This document shows positions 9,042 through 18,940 of a stretch of 64,000 nt of DNA, one piece after another. Made by a program: the position numbers and the translations under genes. Below the pieces are notes generated by a model. The model worked only from the letters and a program-made list of their open reading frames with translations, was not told the DNA's origin and did no database searches. Position 1 is the stretch's first letter, and each line of letters starts with the position of its first letter. Source of the stretch: a virus (lineage: Duplodnaviria; Caudoviricetes); the IMG/VR virus record IMGVR_UViG_3300025372_000010, positions 1 to 64,000 of that record. One strand, written 5' to 3'.

Positions 9042-9590
9042 ATGGCTAGTAAACATCAATTAAGTTTAGAGCTGCCTGATACTAATAATATCAAGGTATT
9101 ACGTATATTTGACACTAGTCTATATGCTGATGGCATGCCTGTAACTTGTGGTACACTTCAGATTACTTCACCAGGTTTTAATTTACCTAATGTAATAGAA
9201 GCTTTACCTAACTTTAATCTTGTACTAAATGCATGTAGTTTAGGACTTCAACGCACAGGATGTGGAGAAGTTTCTCAAACTATTCCTGATGGTATATATG
9301 TTATTAACTATTCTGTTAGTCCTAACACAAATGTTTATGTAGAGTATAATCACTTACGCACTACACAAACTATGAATAGATACTATAACTTATTAGCAAA
9401 TCTTGAGATGTCAGGTTGTGAACCAAGTGCAGATATCAAAGCTCAGTTATCTGAGTTAAGATTGATTAAAAGTTTTATAGATGCTGCTAAAGCTAAAGTA
9501 GAATATGCTCATTCTCCAGAAGATGGTATGGGTTTATTTAACTACGCTAAAAAAAGATTAGATAGACTTACATCAGAGTGTGATAATTAA
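9042..9590 (+). CDS. Structural protein, probable tail hub/fibre-attachment subunit
   Basis: 182 aa with IPDGIY.I.YSV.P; first gene of the tail-fibre unit. Confidence 0.55.
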   Translation: MASKHQLSLELPDTNNIKVLRIFDTSLYADGMPVTCGTLQITSPGFNLPNVIEALPNFNLVLNACSLGLQRTGCGEVSQTIPDGIYVINYSVSPNTNVYVEYNHLRTTQTMNRYYNLLANLEMSGCEPSADIKAQLSELRLIKSFIDAAKAKVEYAHSPEDGMGLFNYAKKRLDRLTSECDN

Positions 9591-9614
9591 TTGTTGTAAT
9601 AAAAACCAAATATT

Positions 9615-9821
9615 ATGAGACAATGTCCTAACTGCGGATCACAAATTACATGTGGATGTCAAGATAGAGTTGCATTTAACGGAACACAATGTTGCTCTAG
9701 TTGTATTAAGAGTTATGAAGATAATCTTAGAATTATTGCTGAATCTCAAACTACAAATCTAGCTATTACACAGATTACTTTAACCCCTACTCAAAACAAT
9801 GAGGAATTTATTAGCCAATAA
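9615..9821 (+). CDS. Small Cys-rich metal-binding protein
   Basis: CPNCG..ITCGCQ..CCSSC, 7 Cys in the first 31 aa; AAAAACCAAA leader. Confidence 0.7.
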   Translation: MRQCPNCGSQITCGCQDRVAFNGTQCCSSCIKSYEDNLRIIAESQTTNLAITQITLTPTQNNEEFISQ

Positions 9822-10401
9822 GGAGAAAATATATCTAGGTTTTGCAGAAGCTGTAAATCATGTTTACAGAGAGATGCGATATGGTATACAAACAGCTACG
9901 CCTGATCCAGACTTAGATTTATACTCTATGAGAAAAGAGTTAGTTGATTGGCAATCAGTAGAAGATGCTGGTGCCTTAGAAACAACTAACATCCAATATC
10001 AAACTTGGCTTCCTGTAACATATGATGATGTAGTGTATACAAAAGGTGGTAATGGTTATAACATGACTAATAATCAGATTGGACCACAAAGAGTAGCAGT
10101 TAATTATACTGTTCCAGGATCTAATAGCTCTCAAAATATTATTGAAGTAAATAGCGGTGGTTGTATCACTCGTATTAATCTTAATCCATCTATTACTATC
10201 AATCAAAATAGTTCTTACGTATTTTCTCAAAATACTCCTTCTACTGTTTGGGATATAGTTCATAACATGAATATGATACCTAATGTAACTGTACAGGATC
10301 TTCTTGGTGATGATATACAAGGACAAGAAGAGGTTATTGATAATAATCGTTTGAAGATATATTTTAACACTCCTGTAGCAGGTAAAGCATATTTAAGCTA
10401 A
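9799..10401 (+). CDS. Tail-associated structural protein
   Basis: C-terminal YVFSQ.TPS.VW.I.HN....PNVTV..G.......NN.L.I.F..PVAG.AYLS domain is common in phage tail proteins. Confidence 0.65.
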   Translation: MRNLLANKEKIYLGFAEAVNHVYREMRYGIQTATPDPDLDLYSMRKELVDWQSVEDAGALETTNIQYQTWLPVTYDDVVYTKGGNGYNMTNNQIGPQRVAVNYTVPGSNSSQNIIEVNSGGCITRINLNPSITINQNSSYVFSQNTPSTVWDIVHNMNMIPNVTVQDLLGDDIQGQEEVIDNNRLKIYFNTPVAGKAYLS

Positions 10402-10856
10402 TGGCAAAACCTAAAATATTTAAGGTTGATCTCGATCTAGATAAGAATCGGATACTTAATGTAAAGGTACATCCTGTTACAAGTGCTACACGTGTAACTA
10501 TAGGAGCAACTCTTACTACTGCTGATGTAGGTATTACAGTGTATGACACTGATCAAAACAGATTCTATGTATGGAGTGGAACAGCATGGCTTGCAACAGG
10601 TGCTGATATCACTACAGATTATGATACTACAATCACTGGTGCAAAAGATGGATTAAATAGAGTGTTTACAACAGCTCATAATTTTAAAGCTGGGTCTACT
10701 AAAGTATTTCTTAATGGATTAAGACTCACTCCAGGATCAATGGCTGATTATGAAGAAACAGGTGCTAATCAAATAACTTTTAAATATGGTATAAACAGTA
10801 TAGATACTATCATCATAGATTATATTGTTGACTACCCAATCTCATTATCTATATAA
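10401..10856 (+). CDS. Tail/baseplate-type structural protein
   Basis: VYDTDQNRFYVWSGTAW fibre motif plus a C-terminal DG.N.VF..VFLNGL..DY..ITF beta domain. Confidence 0.65.
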   Translation: MAKPKIFKVDLDLDKNRILNVKVHPVTSATRVTIGATLTTADVGITVYDTDQNRFYVWSGTAWLATGADITTDYDTTITGAKDGLNRVFTTAHNFKAGSTKVFLNGLRLTPGSMADYEETGANQITFKYGINSIDTIIIDYIVDYPISLSI

Positions 10857-10882
10857 CTTCTTAAAAATAAAACTAAGGAAAA

Positions 10883-12745
10883 ATGGCAACAACCCGTATT
10901 AATGGCTACCAGCAGTTTACCACTTCTGCTGACGTTAGCTTTAACAGTTTTAAGATTACTAACCTTGCTAATCCTGTTAACCCTCAGGATGCTGCCACTA
11001 AAGCCTATGTTGATAGTACGGCACAAGGATTAGACGTAAAACTTTCAGTAAGAGCTGCTACTACAGCATCTATTACACTAAGTGGTGTTCAAACAGTAGA
11101 CGGTGTATCACTTTCAGTAGGTGATCGTGTCTTAGTAAAAAACCAAGGAACAGCTTCAGCTAATGGTATTTATGTGGTAGCTTCTGGAGCATGGACTAGA
11201 TCTCTTGATGCAGATGGTGTATCAATTGCTGGTTATTCTGAAGTTAGTGCAGGTATGTTTACTTTCGTTGAAGAAGGTACTACTTTATCTAATACTGGTT
11301 GGGTATTAAGTACAGCAAATCCAATTACTGTAGGAACAACTAACTTAACTTTTGCTCAGTTTTCTGGTGCTGGTACTTATTTAGCAAATAATGGTGTTCA
11401 GTTAGTAGGTAATACTTTCTCAGCTGTTACTGCTAACTCTTCTAGAATCTCTGTTACAAGTGGAGGTATTGATTTAGCTACAGTAGCTGCAGTATCTGGT
11501 ACTTATGGTAATACTGGATATAACGTACCTAACATCTCTGTAGATGGTTATGGTAGAATCTCAGCTGCTGCTAACCGTGATATTTTTGGATCTATTGCTG
11601 CTAACTTAATCTTTGGTGGCCCTAGCTCTGGTTCAAGTGCTTCTCCTACTTTCAGATCATTAGTTTTATCTGATTTAATCGTAGGTTTAACACCTGCTTC
11701 TACTGTATCAACTACTCCATCTAATGGACAGTTAATGATTGGTAATGGTACTGCATTCTCTTTAGCAACTTTAGCTACTACAACAGGTATCTCAGTTACT
11801 AATGGTGTAGGTACAATCACAATTAATAACACGGGTGTTACTTCATTAGCTGGTACTGCTAACCAAATTAGTGTATCTGCATCAACTGGTGCTGTTACAA
11901 TTGCTTTCACTTCTACAGTGACATTCCCTGGTAAAGTAACATTTGCTGCTGGAACTACTTCAGCTGCTTCTTTTAATATTCCTACAGGTGCTGCTCCTAC
12001 AACTCCAGTTGCTGGTGATGTATGGTTAGTAAACACTAATGGTATTTATGGATACTACAATAGTGCTACACATTTATTAGCTGACTTAGATAGTACACAA
12101 ACTTTAACTAATAAGACTTTTAACTCTGGTAGTGTTTGGAATGGTACTACAATTCTTACTACTTATGGTGGTACAGGATTAAGTTCTTATTCTGCAGGTG
12201 ATTTAGTATACTACGCAAGTGGTACTGCTTTCACTAAATTAAGTATTGCTGCTCAGTATAGTGTATTAGTATCTTCTGGATCTGCTCCAGCATGGGGATC
12301 TATTAACTTAGCTTCTTCTGTTGCAGTGGGTGCTTCTATATTAGGTATTGCAAATGGTGGTACTGGTTTATCAGCTACTCCAACTAACGGTCAAATTGAT
12401 ATAGGTAATGGTACAGGATTTACAAGAGCTGCTATCAGTTCTGGTAATGGTGTAACTGTTACAAATGGTGCTGGATCAATCACTCTTTCTATAGATAACA
12501 CAGTAGTTGCAAACTACACAAGATATAAAGTGAGAGAAACTCCAACAGGTACTATTAATGGTAGCAATGCTACTTTCTCAACATCTCAAACTCCAATCAC
12601 TGGTAAAGAGATGGTGTTTACGAATGGTATTTTACAAGCAGTAGGTGCTGCAGCTGATTACACAATATCTGGATCTAGTATTACATTTAATACTGGTTCT
12701 ATTCCTCAAACAGGAGATAGTGTTGTGGTTACTTATTTTTACTAA
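10883..12745 (+). CDS. Tail fibre protein
   Basis: KITNLANP..PQDAATKAYVD stalk motif; VRAATT..ITLSG.QTVDG..GDRVLVKNQ..NGIY domain; GGTG repeats. Confidence 0.85.
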   Translation: MATTRINGYQQFTTSADVSFNSFKITNLANPVNPQDAATKAYVDSTAQGLDVKLSVRAATTASITLSGVQTVDGVSLSVGDRVLVKNQGTASANGIYVVASGAWTRSLDADGVSIAGYSEVSAGMFTFVEEGTTLSNTGWVLSTANPITVGTTNLTFAQFSGAGTYLANNGVQLVGNTFSAVTANSSRISVTSGGIDLATVAAVSGTYGNTGYNVPNISVDGYGRISAAANRDIFGSIAANLIFGGPSSGSSASPTFRSLVLSDLIVGLTPASTVSTTPSNGQLMIGNGTAFSLATLATTTGISVTNGVGTITINNTGVTSLAGTANQISVSASTGAVTIAFTSTVTFPGKVTFAAGTTSAASFNIPTGAAPTTPVAGDVWLVNTNGIYGYYNSATHLLADLDSTQTLTNKTFNSGSVWNGTTILTTYGGTGLSSYSAGDLVYYASGTAFTKLSIAAQYSVLVSSGSAPAWGSINLASSVAVGASILGIANGGTGLSATPTNGQIDIGNGTGFTRAAISSGNGVTVTNGAGSITLSIDNTVVANYTRYKVRETPTGTINGSNATFSTSQTPITGKEMVFTNGILQAVGAAADYTISGSSITFNTGSIPQTGDSVVVTYFY

Positions 12746-12764
12746 TAACTTTTTATAATTATTC

Positions 12765-14555
12765 ATGTCTAGTACTGTAATTACAAGTCAGCAGATAAAA
12801 GACGGAGTTGTACAGAGGTCGGATCTTAATGTGACGACCTCTGGCCAATCTGTTGTAGCTAAGATTCTTCAAGGTAACTTAATTACTTTGGGATCTACTG
12901 GAGCAGATGGAGGTACTGGTGACGTTACAATTAATCATGCTGTCAGTGGCGTAATATCTGGGTCTTATGGATCTAGCTCTGCTATTCCTATTATTACAGT
13001 TGACTCATATGGACATATCACTGCTATATCTACAAGTTCTGTAAATATAGTTAGTTCATTAGCTGGTTTATCAGATGTAACTCTTACATCTCCAACAGCT
13101 AATCAAGTTCTTCAATATAATGGTACAAAATGGGTTAATGGAGCTGCTCCAGCTACATATACTCTTCCTCCTGCAACTACTTCTATTTTAGGAGGTATTA
13201 TTGTTGGATCAGGATTAGCTATCACTTCAGGTGGCGTGCTTAGTGCTACAGGAGGTGGAGGTAATGTTGGAGCTTTTAGAACAACTCAAAACTATACAGC
13301 TACATCTGGTCAAACAACATTTACAGTTAGTAATGGATATACTCCAGGTTATTTAGATGTATTTGTTAATGGTGTTTACTTAACACCTTCTAACTATACA
13401 GCTACTAATGGTAGTACATTTATATTATCTACTGGTGCTGCAGCAAATGATATAGTAAGTGTATTTGCTTACTATCCATTTAGTTTAACAGGATCAAGTT
13501 CAAGAACAGTAACTAGTTTTACTGCTACATCAGGACAAACTACATTTAGTATAAGTTATGTTCCTGGACAAATAGATGTATTTTATAATGGAGCTAGATT
13601 ATCATCTACTGAATATACTGCTACAGATGGAGCAACTGTTGTTTTAAATACAGCTGCTACACTTAATGCAATTGTTGAAGTAATCATGTATCTTGCAGGT
13701 GGTGGCGTAGCTAACTCATCTATTGTAGCAACTGCTCCTTTAAACTATAGTGCTGGTAACTATACTTTTAGTATATCTCAAGCAACAACTAGTACTAATG
13801 GATATTTATCTTCTAGTGATTGGAATAAGTTTAATAGTATGCTACCTCTTACAGGGGGTACAGTTACAGGAGTATTAACTTTAAGTAACTCTACAGCTTA
13901 TAGCTCTTTACAGATAAATGGTTATGCTAATAGAGGCGGTACAGGATACCATGATTTTTTAAGTGCAACAAACACTTATGGATCAGCTACTACACCAAGT
14001 AAGTTCTTTAGATTAGACAGTTCAGGTAACTTACAAATCATTAATAGTGGGTATACTGCTACTATATTTCAGTTAACTGATGGTGGTAATTTAGATGTTC
14101 CTGGAGCAGTATCTCCTCATAAATGGATAGCTGGTCAAGTGATTCAAGTAAAAACACTAAGTGCATCTGATGTAAGTTTTTCAACTAACGTAACAGTTAG
14201 TGGTACTACTTATACACAAATAGCTTCTGTATCTTACACTCCGCTTTCTACATCATCTTATATATTCTTTGAAGTATATTGTAGATATGAAATAGCAGGA
14301 GCTGCAGCAGATGATTGGTATTCTCAGCTAACTTGGGCTGGAAATGAAATAGGATATAGTCATCAAACATGGACTAATGGTGCTGGAGGTGGTACAAGAA
14401 GTGGTGTTCTTTTTCCAATAGCTGGTAGAGTGACTAATAGTTCAATAACTGGATATACTTTTGCAGTGAATGCAAAAAGAGGAAGCTCGGATGATAATGG
14501 AGTTTTTTACGCAGATGGAGCTTTTTGGATTAAAATAATAGAAGTAGCTAGATAA
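12765..14555 (+). CDS. Tail fibre/baseplate-wedge-like protein
   Basis: Two ATSGQTTF..DVF.NG..Y.AT.G domains; L..LSDV..QVLQYNGTKWVN; distinct C-terminal tip domain. Confidence 0.8.
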   Translation: MSSTVITSQQIKDGVVQRSDLNVTTSGQSVVAKILQGNLITLGSTGADGGTGDVTINHAVSGVISGSYGSSSAIPIITVDSYGHITAISTSSVNIVSSLAGLSDVTLTSPTANQVLQYNGTKWVNGAAPATYTLPPATTSILGGIIVGSGLAITSGGVLSATGGGGNVGAFRTTQNYTATSGQTTFTVSNGYTPGYLDVFVNGVYLTPSNYTATNGSTFILSTGAAANDIVSVFAYYPFSLTGSSSRTVTSFTATSGQTTFSISYVPGQIDVFYNGARLSSTEYTATDGATVVLNTAATLNAIVEVIMYLAGGGVANSSIVATAPLNYSAGNYTFSISQATTSTNGYLSSSDWNKFNSMLPLTGGTVTGVLTLSNSTAYSSLQINGYANRGGTGYHDFLSATNTYGSATTPSKFFRLDSSGNLQIINSGYTATIFQLTDGGNLDVPGAVSPHKWIAGQVIQVKTLSASDVSFSTNVTVSGTTYTQIASVSYTPLSTSSYIFFEVYCRYEIAGAAADDWYSQLTWAGNEIGYSHQTWTNGAGGGTRSGVLFPIAGRVTNSSITGYTFAVNAKRGSSDDNGVFYADGAFWIKIIEVAR

Positions 14556-14584
14556 AATAATAAACAGGAATAATAGATAATACT

Positions 14585-17500
14585 ATGGGCTTAACACAAA
14601 ACTTAGGTAAACTATCAGATATAATATCAGTGACTTCCCCTACAGGGTTGGCTATTGCTGCTAATGTTACTGCTACATCTCTTATCAAATCTGGTGGTAC
14701 TAGCTCACAGTTTCTTAAAGCTGATGGATCAGTAGATTCTAATGCATATATCACTTCTGCTGCTTTATCTTCATATGTTCCATATACTGGAGCAACTGGA
14801 GCAGTTAATTTAGGCTCTTACAATTTAAGTTTAAATGCATTGCAATTTGCAAGTATATCAACTCCTTCTTATTCAGAAGGATTAGTATGGTACGATAGTT
14901 CTCAAAAATCCTTGGCCTTTTACAATGACTCTAGTAGCTCAATAGTATATATTGGAGAAGATGTACAAATGAAAGTAATAAACAATACAGGGGCTACTAT
15001 TCCAAATGGTAGCGCAGTATATGTGACAGGAACATCGAGTGGGCAAAGTTATCCTAATGTAGCATTGGCAAAAGCTGACTCATTAAGTACTTCGGCAGTT
15101 ATAGGATTGACTAATGGAGCTATTGCTAATGGAGCAATAGGATATGTAACATCTCATGGGGTTATTACAGGGGTAAATACAAGTATGTTGACTGTTGGTC
15201 AAGTTCTTTATTTATCTCCTTATTCTGCGGGTCAATTAATGAATACTGTGCCTCCTACGGGTTATGCCGTTCAGGTTGGTACTGTTACTTATTCAAATAG
15301 TTCAAATGGCTCTATATATGTAAAGCAAACAACTCCATTAGCAGTAAGTGCTTCAACTATTACGGGAATAGTTGCAATAGCAAACGGAGGCACAGGTGCT
15401 TCAACTGCAGCAACAGCATTGAGTAATTTAGGAGGTGTTTCTTCAAGTACAACTTTAACTATTAATGGTACAACATATGATTTAACTACTAATAGATCTT
15501 GGTCTGTTGGTACTGTTACTTCTGTGTCTGCATTAACTATTGGAACTAGTGGTACAGATATTTCTTCCACTGTAGCTAATAGTACAACTACTCCTGTAAT
15601 TACACTTAATATACCAGATGCTTCTGCATCTGCTCGTGGTGTTGTTACAACAGGAGCTCAAACTTTTGCTGGTACTAAAACTTTTTCTGGTACAGTTGCA
15701 ATAGCTAATACTTCACCTTATATACCTACTACTTATTCATTAGATATTAATGGAGGTCTTCTTGTTAAAAATATAGGAAGAACTGCAAGTATAACAGTTA
15801 TCAATGCTGACCCATCAGCAGGGGGTAATAACGCCTTTGGTGTTTGGACAGTAGGTGGTACATCAGCAACATCCTATGTAGATATACAAGGATACTATGG
15901 TACTTCTGTTACAGGAAGTACAACAATCAGATTAAATAATGCTGGTGGTAATGTATTAGTAGGAAGTTTATCTGGTACAGGAACAAGAATGGTTGTTGCT
16001 GATTCAACAGGTACATTATCTACACAAGCAGTTGTTACATTAAGTAGTTTAAGCGGTGTGCCTACTACAAGAACATTAACAATTAATGGTACAGCTTATG
16101 ACTTGTCAGCTGATAGATCTTGGACAATAGCTGCTGGTGTTACAAGTTTTAATACTCGTACAGGAGCAATTACGCTGTCATCTTCTGATGTTACTACTGC
16201 TCTTGGATACACTCCATATAACTCAACTAACCCAAATGGTTATATATCAAGTTATACAGAAACATCAACTTTAGCTAATGTAACTGGAAGAGGTGCTAGT
16301 ACATCTACTAATATTACGTTAAGCGGTGGAACCACATCGTTAACTAATGGTACTTCAAATGTAATAAAATGGAGTGTAAATGGTGTAGCGGCACCAACAT
16401 TTAACTCATATAGTGCAGGTGTTAAATTAGTATTATATGATAACGTTTCTTCTACATTAGCAGGTTATACTTTGGGTATCAATAGTGGAACAATGTTCTT
16501 TACTGTTGACGCATCAACGTCTGGATACAACTGGTATGCCGGTACAACATCAGTAGCAACATTGAGTGGAACAGGTGCTTTTACAGCAACTTCATTCTCA
16601 GGAGCAGGTACAGGTTTAACAGGTACTGCTTCTTCATTATCAATTGGAGGCAATGCTGCTACAGTAACAAATGCAACATTCTATCGTCAGTTTACTGTAA
16701 GAGATGATAGAAGTGATGGTAACGATTATAGTTTATCAGCAAGACCAACTGGTCTTTATGCGATAACTAGTACTGGAACAAACGGACCTGGTTCACCTTA
16801 TTTAAGTTTGATACACGTAGCTAATGCTACGGATGTTGCATTCCAAATTGCGGGTGGTTACACATCTGATAGCATGTACTTTAGAGGAACATCAGCATTA
16901 CAAAATGGTACTGGATATAGTGCATGGAGGACTGTTATTCATAGTGGTAACTATAACTCATATGCACCAACTTTAACAGGTGGAAATGCATCCGGAACTT
17001 GGGGAATAAGTATTAGTGGTAATGCAGCAACAGCTACAAATTCTTCTCAATTAAATAGTTTATCTAAATCTCAACTATGGAATAACTCTGGTTATTCTCA
17101 TGGAGCATTTACAAGTTTTAGCGGAATACCGGATTTTGGTGAATGGTTTGTACATCAAGACAGTTCAATTACAGATGGGCCATCTGGCTTAAGTTACCAA
17201 TATTACACAAAAACAGTTGGCTTAGGTAATGATTATGCATATTCACAATATGCGATGCAAACTGCTGTAAATAGATATGGTTATGGTACAACATTTTATA
17301 CTTGGGTAAGATATAAAGAATCAGGTACATGGCAGTCATGGAATAAAATGGCTGCTGGTTATGCTGATAGTGCAGGCAGTGCTAGTTCAGCAAGTACAGC
17401 AAGCACAGTAACTCATTATGCATCAAGAGCAGATGGTACTTATTATAATGTAGTGTGGGCAGCAGGTAATCCATCTTATATGTATTCAGCTGATTCTGTT

Positions 17501-18937
17501 CAGATACAATCTAGTACAGGAACATTAAAAGCTTCTGTTTTAGTAGCAAATGGTGGTGGTACAGGATGGGGGGATGTTTATATAGGTTCTAGTTCAGGAT
17601 GGGGTAGTGGAAGTTATCCTACGATAGGCTCAAATGGTGGTGCAGGAAATGCTACAAACTCATTGATAATGCTTCAACATCCTCATGTACCTTTCTTAAC
17701 AGGTAATGGAGCAGGAACTGATTCTGGTAGAGCAAGTATAAGAATGGCTGTTGATACAGCTGCTTCTAGTTGGTGGGATATGGGTCTTTACGGAGATGCA
17801 TTCCATTTATATAGAAGTGCTGGAGGTGGAAGATTAATGACAGTTGATTCATCTGGTAATGCTACTTTTAGTGGTTCAGTAACTGCTTCTAGTTTTAGTG
17901 GTTCTCTTGCATGGGGAAATGTATCTAGCAAACCAGCAGCTTGGTTAAATGCAACAAATTTAACAGGTAGCGCTTCCCCAAATACCACTTTAGTTAGTGG
18001 ATTTTACAATGACTATGCAGGTTCTGGTAATCCAGTTGGTACATGGTTTAGTTATGTAAATGTAAGACATGAAAACCCAAGCAACGTATACGGTCACCAA
18101 CATGGAATGTCTTTTTATGATAATCACTTTTGGTTTAGAAGTTATGCAGGAGGTAGTTATCAATCTTGGGCAAGGGCATTAGATACCATATCTGACCCAT
18201 ATCCTTCCAACATGAATCAGTATGTGAGAACAACTGATGGTGCAACATTTGATACAGTTCGTGTGGGCAACTGGTTTAGGCCAACTGGTGATTGCGGGAT
18301 TTATTTTGAAACTTATGGAAGAGGTTTAAGGGCAGCAGATTCTGAAGGCATGTCTTATGGTAATGTAGCTGTTTATGGTACAGGCATTAACAACTGGAGC
18401 GGTTATGGAATTAATGATAATGCTGGGTATAAGAGAATATTCATGTCTCAAAATGGAAACTTTGGTATATACGACCAAGTGTATGGCCATTGGATGATAT
18501 TCTTTAGTATGAGCACAGCTTCGTATGCAATCGGTAGTGATGCTGCAGTATCAGGATGGTCGTTATATGTTCCTTATGGAGTTTATACATCAAGCGTTTA
18601 TCAATATTCTGATGCTCGTGCTAAAAAGAATGTAGTAACTATAAATAATGCCTTAAATAAAGTAAAATCTTTACGAGGTGTGTCTTATGAATATATTGAT
18701 AAAGGAGATGGTACTAAACATCAAGGAAGTGAACTTGGATTCATAGCTCAAGAAGTTCAGCCTATTGTTCCTGAGGCAGTAGATTATGTTTCACAAAAAG
18801 ACCAATATGCTATGAGTTACACAGGACTTACAGCTTTGCTTACGGAGGCTATTAAAGAACAACAAACACAAATAGAGTCTCAAAAAACAGAAATAGAAGA
18901 ACTAAAAGATCTAGTAAAACAACTTATAAATAAATAG
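14585..18937 (+). CDS. Long tail fibre with C-terminal intramolecular chaperone (peptidase S74)
   Basis: 1450 aa, S/T/G-rich; YSDARAKKN..LRGV.Y..GFIAQEV..PEAV..Y..L..LL.EAIKEQQ. Confidence 0.9.
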   Translation: MGLTQNLGKLSDIISVTSPTGLAIAANVTATSLIKSGGTSSQFLKADGSVDSNAYITSAALSSYVPYTGATGAVNLGSYNLSLNALQFASISTPSYSEGLVWYDSSQKSLAFYNDSSSSIVYIGEDVQMKVINNTGATIPNGSAVYVTGTSSGQSYPNVALAKADSLSTSAVIGLTNGAIANGAIGYVTSHGVITGVNTSMLTVGQVLYLSPYSAGQLMNTVPPTGYAVQVGTVTYSNSSNGSIYVKQTTPLAVSASTITGIVAIANGGTGASTAATALSNLGGVSSSTTLTINGTTYDLTTNRSWSVGTVTSVSALTIGTSGTDISSTVANSTTTPVITLNIPDASASARGVVTTGAQTFAGTKTFSGTVAIANTSPYIPTTYSLDINGGLLVKNIGRTASITVINADPSAGGNNAFGVWTVGGTSATSYVDIQGYYGTSVTGSTTIRLNNAGGNVLVGSLSGTGTRMVVADSTGTLSTQAVVTLSSLSGVPTTRTLTINGTAYDLSADRSWTIAAGVTSFNTRTGAITLSSSDVTTALGYTPYNSTNPNGYISSYTETSTLANVTGRGASTSTNITLSGGTTSLTNGTSNVIKWSVNGVAAPTFNSYSAGVKLVLYDNVSSTLAGYTLGINSGTMFFTVDASTSGYNWYAGTTSVATLSGTGAFTATSFSGAGTGLTGTASSLSIGGNAATVTNATFYRQFTVRDDRSDGNDYSLSARPTGLYAITSTGTNGPGSPYLSLIHVANATDVAFQIAGGYTSDSMYFRGTSALQNGTGYSAWRTVIHSGNYNSYAPTLTGGNASGTWGISISGNAATATNSSQLNSLSKSQLWNNSGYSHGAFTSFSGIPDFGEWFVHQDSSITDGPSGLSYQYYTKTVGLGNDYAYSQYAMQTAVNRYGYGTTFYTWVRYKESGTWQSWNKMAAGYADSAGSASSASTASTVTHYASRADGTYYNVVWAAGNPSYMYSADSVQIQSSTGTLKASVLVANGGGTGWGDVYIGSSSGWGSGSYPTIGSNGGAGNATNSLIMLQHPHVPFLTGNGAGTDSGRASIRMAVDTAASSWWDMGLYGDAFHLYRSAGGGRLMTVDSSGNATFSGSVTASSFSGSLAWGNVSSKPAAWLNATNLTGSASPNTTLVSGFYNDYAGSGNPVGTWFSYVNVRHENPSNVYGHQHGMSFYDNHFWFRSYAGGSYQSWARALDTISDPYPSNMNQYVRTTDGATFDTVRVGNWFRPTGDCGIYFETYGRGLRAADSEGMSYGNVAVYGTGINNWSGYGINDNAGYKRIFMSQNGNFGIYDQVYGHWMIFFSMSTASYAIGSDAAVSGWSLYVPYGVYTSSVYQYSDARAKKNVVTINNALNKVKSLRGVSYEYIDKGDGTKHQGSELGFIAQEVQPIVPEAVDYVSQKDQYAMSYTGLTALLTEAIKEQQTQIESQKTEIEELKDLVKQLINK

Positions 18938-18940
18938 ACT

